A DNA stretch of 64,000 nt from Raillietiella orientalis (lineage: Eukaryota). Position 1 is the stretch's first letter. Every line of letters starts with the position of its first letter. Positions 62,450 through 64,000 of this stretch are shown one piece after another. The stretch spans positions 1,364,001 to 1,428,000 of the forward strand of contig JAYWIR010000024.1 in the NCBI GenBank assembly GCA_036172245.1, given 5' to 3'. The position numbers were made by a program, and so were the translations under genes. A model generated the notes under the pieces. It saw nothing but the letters and a program-made list of their open reading frames with translations, ran no database searches and was not told where the DNA came from.

Positions 62450-63330
62450 TTTATTTCTCTTAGGGGGATCGATGGAGCCAAAGGCTCACCGATCCCAATT
62501 ATTACACTAAAACTAAGGGGAGGCCAGGGAGGTCCATCACCTCCACGAAGGGGAAGAGGTTTAAAACAAAACTAGAAAAAAAAAAAAGAAACAAACTATA
62601 ACAAACAACAAAAACCAACAAAAAAAATTAGTTCGGGGGAAGGGAAGGGATCACATTTCGTGGTGGGTGAGGCCTCTGCATCCGTTGAAGGATGCCGGCG
62701 AGCTCCTCCTTCTCCCTTTCCAGATGGCACCATCTCGAAGCTGTGTGTAGGAAGCGGATGGCGTGCAGGGCAGCCCCCCCGTCGCTCCGACCTCTCTCGG
62801 AGTTGCACTTGGCTGCGACGACACCGCTCACGCAGCGCAGAGCTGCTGTTGCGGCTGCGGGCGTCATGGCATCTCGCACGAAGAGGGATCTCAAAGAGTC
62901 TCTGAGATCGTCCACGGGGTGCGGAAGTGGCGTGGAGAAACCTTCTCACAAGACCCGGAAGATGACGCACTGCACTAAGAGGTGGGGGAAAGTCTCCTTC
63001 TCTCCCCACCTGGCACAGTTAGGCGATGCGCTTCCCCTCGTCCAGTGGCGCCGTCGCGGATTGCACGGGAGATCTCAGTGCAGTATCAGCAACGCCGATT
63101 GCTGCCACTTGAGAGGAAGCAGCTTACTGTCCCTAAACACAAGGGGCACTTCCAACTCTTCGGGCCGAGTGGAGAAGAGTTCGCCCCAACGTTCCAATCC
63201 TTTGGAGACGGTTCTTGCTGTTGCCGTGACAACCAGCTGACTCGTAGTCCAGCCACCTATTGGCTTTCTGCGGGCCGAGATCTCGCAGGAAACCTCCCAC
63301 TTCGCCGGTAGGCAGGTACCATGTACCTCG
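62450..63330 (-). mobile_element. L1/Tx1-like LINE ORF2 3' end with 3' UTR, family A copy
   Basis: HWTRGSASPNCARWGEKETFPHLLVQC (zf-RVT) and RSLFVRDAMTPAAATAALRCVSGVVAAKCNSER align with ORF 36875..37336. T-rich UTR, GGGATCG..CGATCCC hairpin and AATAAA near 62450. Confidence 0.7.
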
Positions 63331-63399
63331 ATAGAGGAGGACACCACTGCAGCGAAGGGGACGGATGGCTGGTGGGTAGGGTGCCAACATAGTCATCTC

Positions 63400-63700
63400 A
63401 CTACCACCGCCTCCAGTGTTCTTCCGCTGTTCTTCTGAAACTCTCGGCAGCGGGTAACTTCTGGAGGGGCCCGGGTGATCTGAGCCCATGTCTTCACTTT
63501 CTTCTGCCGCCATGCCGGAGTATTTGCAGGGCGGCAGCGAATCCACGTGTTCGCTCTCACCAGAGCAGCGACACACTAGTGAGGGAAGCCGCAAGATGGG
63601 AGCCGGCGGTGGTGACACGCAAACAGGGTTGAGAGTCCTTCGCCACCGACCCCCAGCCGGGAGAGCAAACATGCAGGGGCGCACCAATGGGTAATACAGT
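63400..63700 (-). mobile_element. Possible gag/ORF1-like remnant
   Basis: CRCSGESEHVDSLPPC resembles a degenerate CCHC knuckle; GC-rich; same strand as the adjacent LINE fragment. Confidence 0.2.
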
Positions 63701-64000
63701 TCTGTGCCACGAAGACCAGTCTTCGAAAGTTCAACTGAACTTCCATGTGCTCCAAGTAAATAGTGATCAGTGAATATGACTGTCACATGTCTTAGAGGCT
63801 ACCTTTTTTTTAATGAAACAAGTTGAAACATGTATTCTATTACTCTATGAAATAGAGTGGACAATTTTTACCTTTCTTCATGATCCTTGATTTATCAGCA
63901 TTTGGAAATCCAAGTCCACTATGGCTTTTCCGTTTCATTTTCTGCCAAATGTGCAGGGAATCGCTCTCGCTTGCTTCCTTGCACTCTGTGAAGAGGCGAC

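Noticed and set aside
1..64000. CRISPR arrays, rRNA, tRNA, prokaryotic operons
   Set aside because: No regularly spaced repeats or recognisable RNA genes; spliceosomal introns show the DNA is eukaryotic

Overview
Eukaryotic genomic DNA, most likely from an arthropod. That call is inferred from the gene families, the 43-68 nt introns and the CpG pattern; the species cannot be determined. Three protein-coding genes are well supported. (1) A Hunchback/Ikaros-like (Pegasus-type) C2H2 transcription factor with an intronless CDS at 25667-27226 (-). (2) TMEM41B/Stasimon with 5 coding exons at 29021-30244 (-), carrying a canonical U12-type minor intron. (3) A HAD-IIA phosphatase of the PGP/PDXP type with 5 coding exons at 47747-48906 (+). 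The first ~25 kb has no recognisable gene and consists of GC/CpG-rich islands and microsatellites downstream of the TF. From ~30.7 kb onward the window is rich in decayed transposons: L1/Tx1-like LINE fragments of at least two families, a CR1/L2-like remnant and a MITE-like element. A hAT remnant lies near 3.9 kb. The best candidate novelty is a ~450-nt 3' module found in three LINE-associated copies (~39.1, ~43.3 and ~57.6 kb). It shows UUCG-type hairpins and copy-specific insertions that are themselves hairpins, together with coding-like signatures. The TF gene also shows a predicted uORF chain in a spliced leader, a proneural-type E-box cluster and a 3' UTR rich in miRNA seed matches. All alignments and counts were done by eye.
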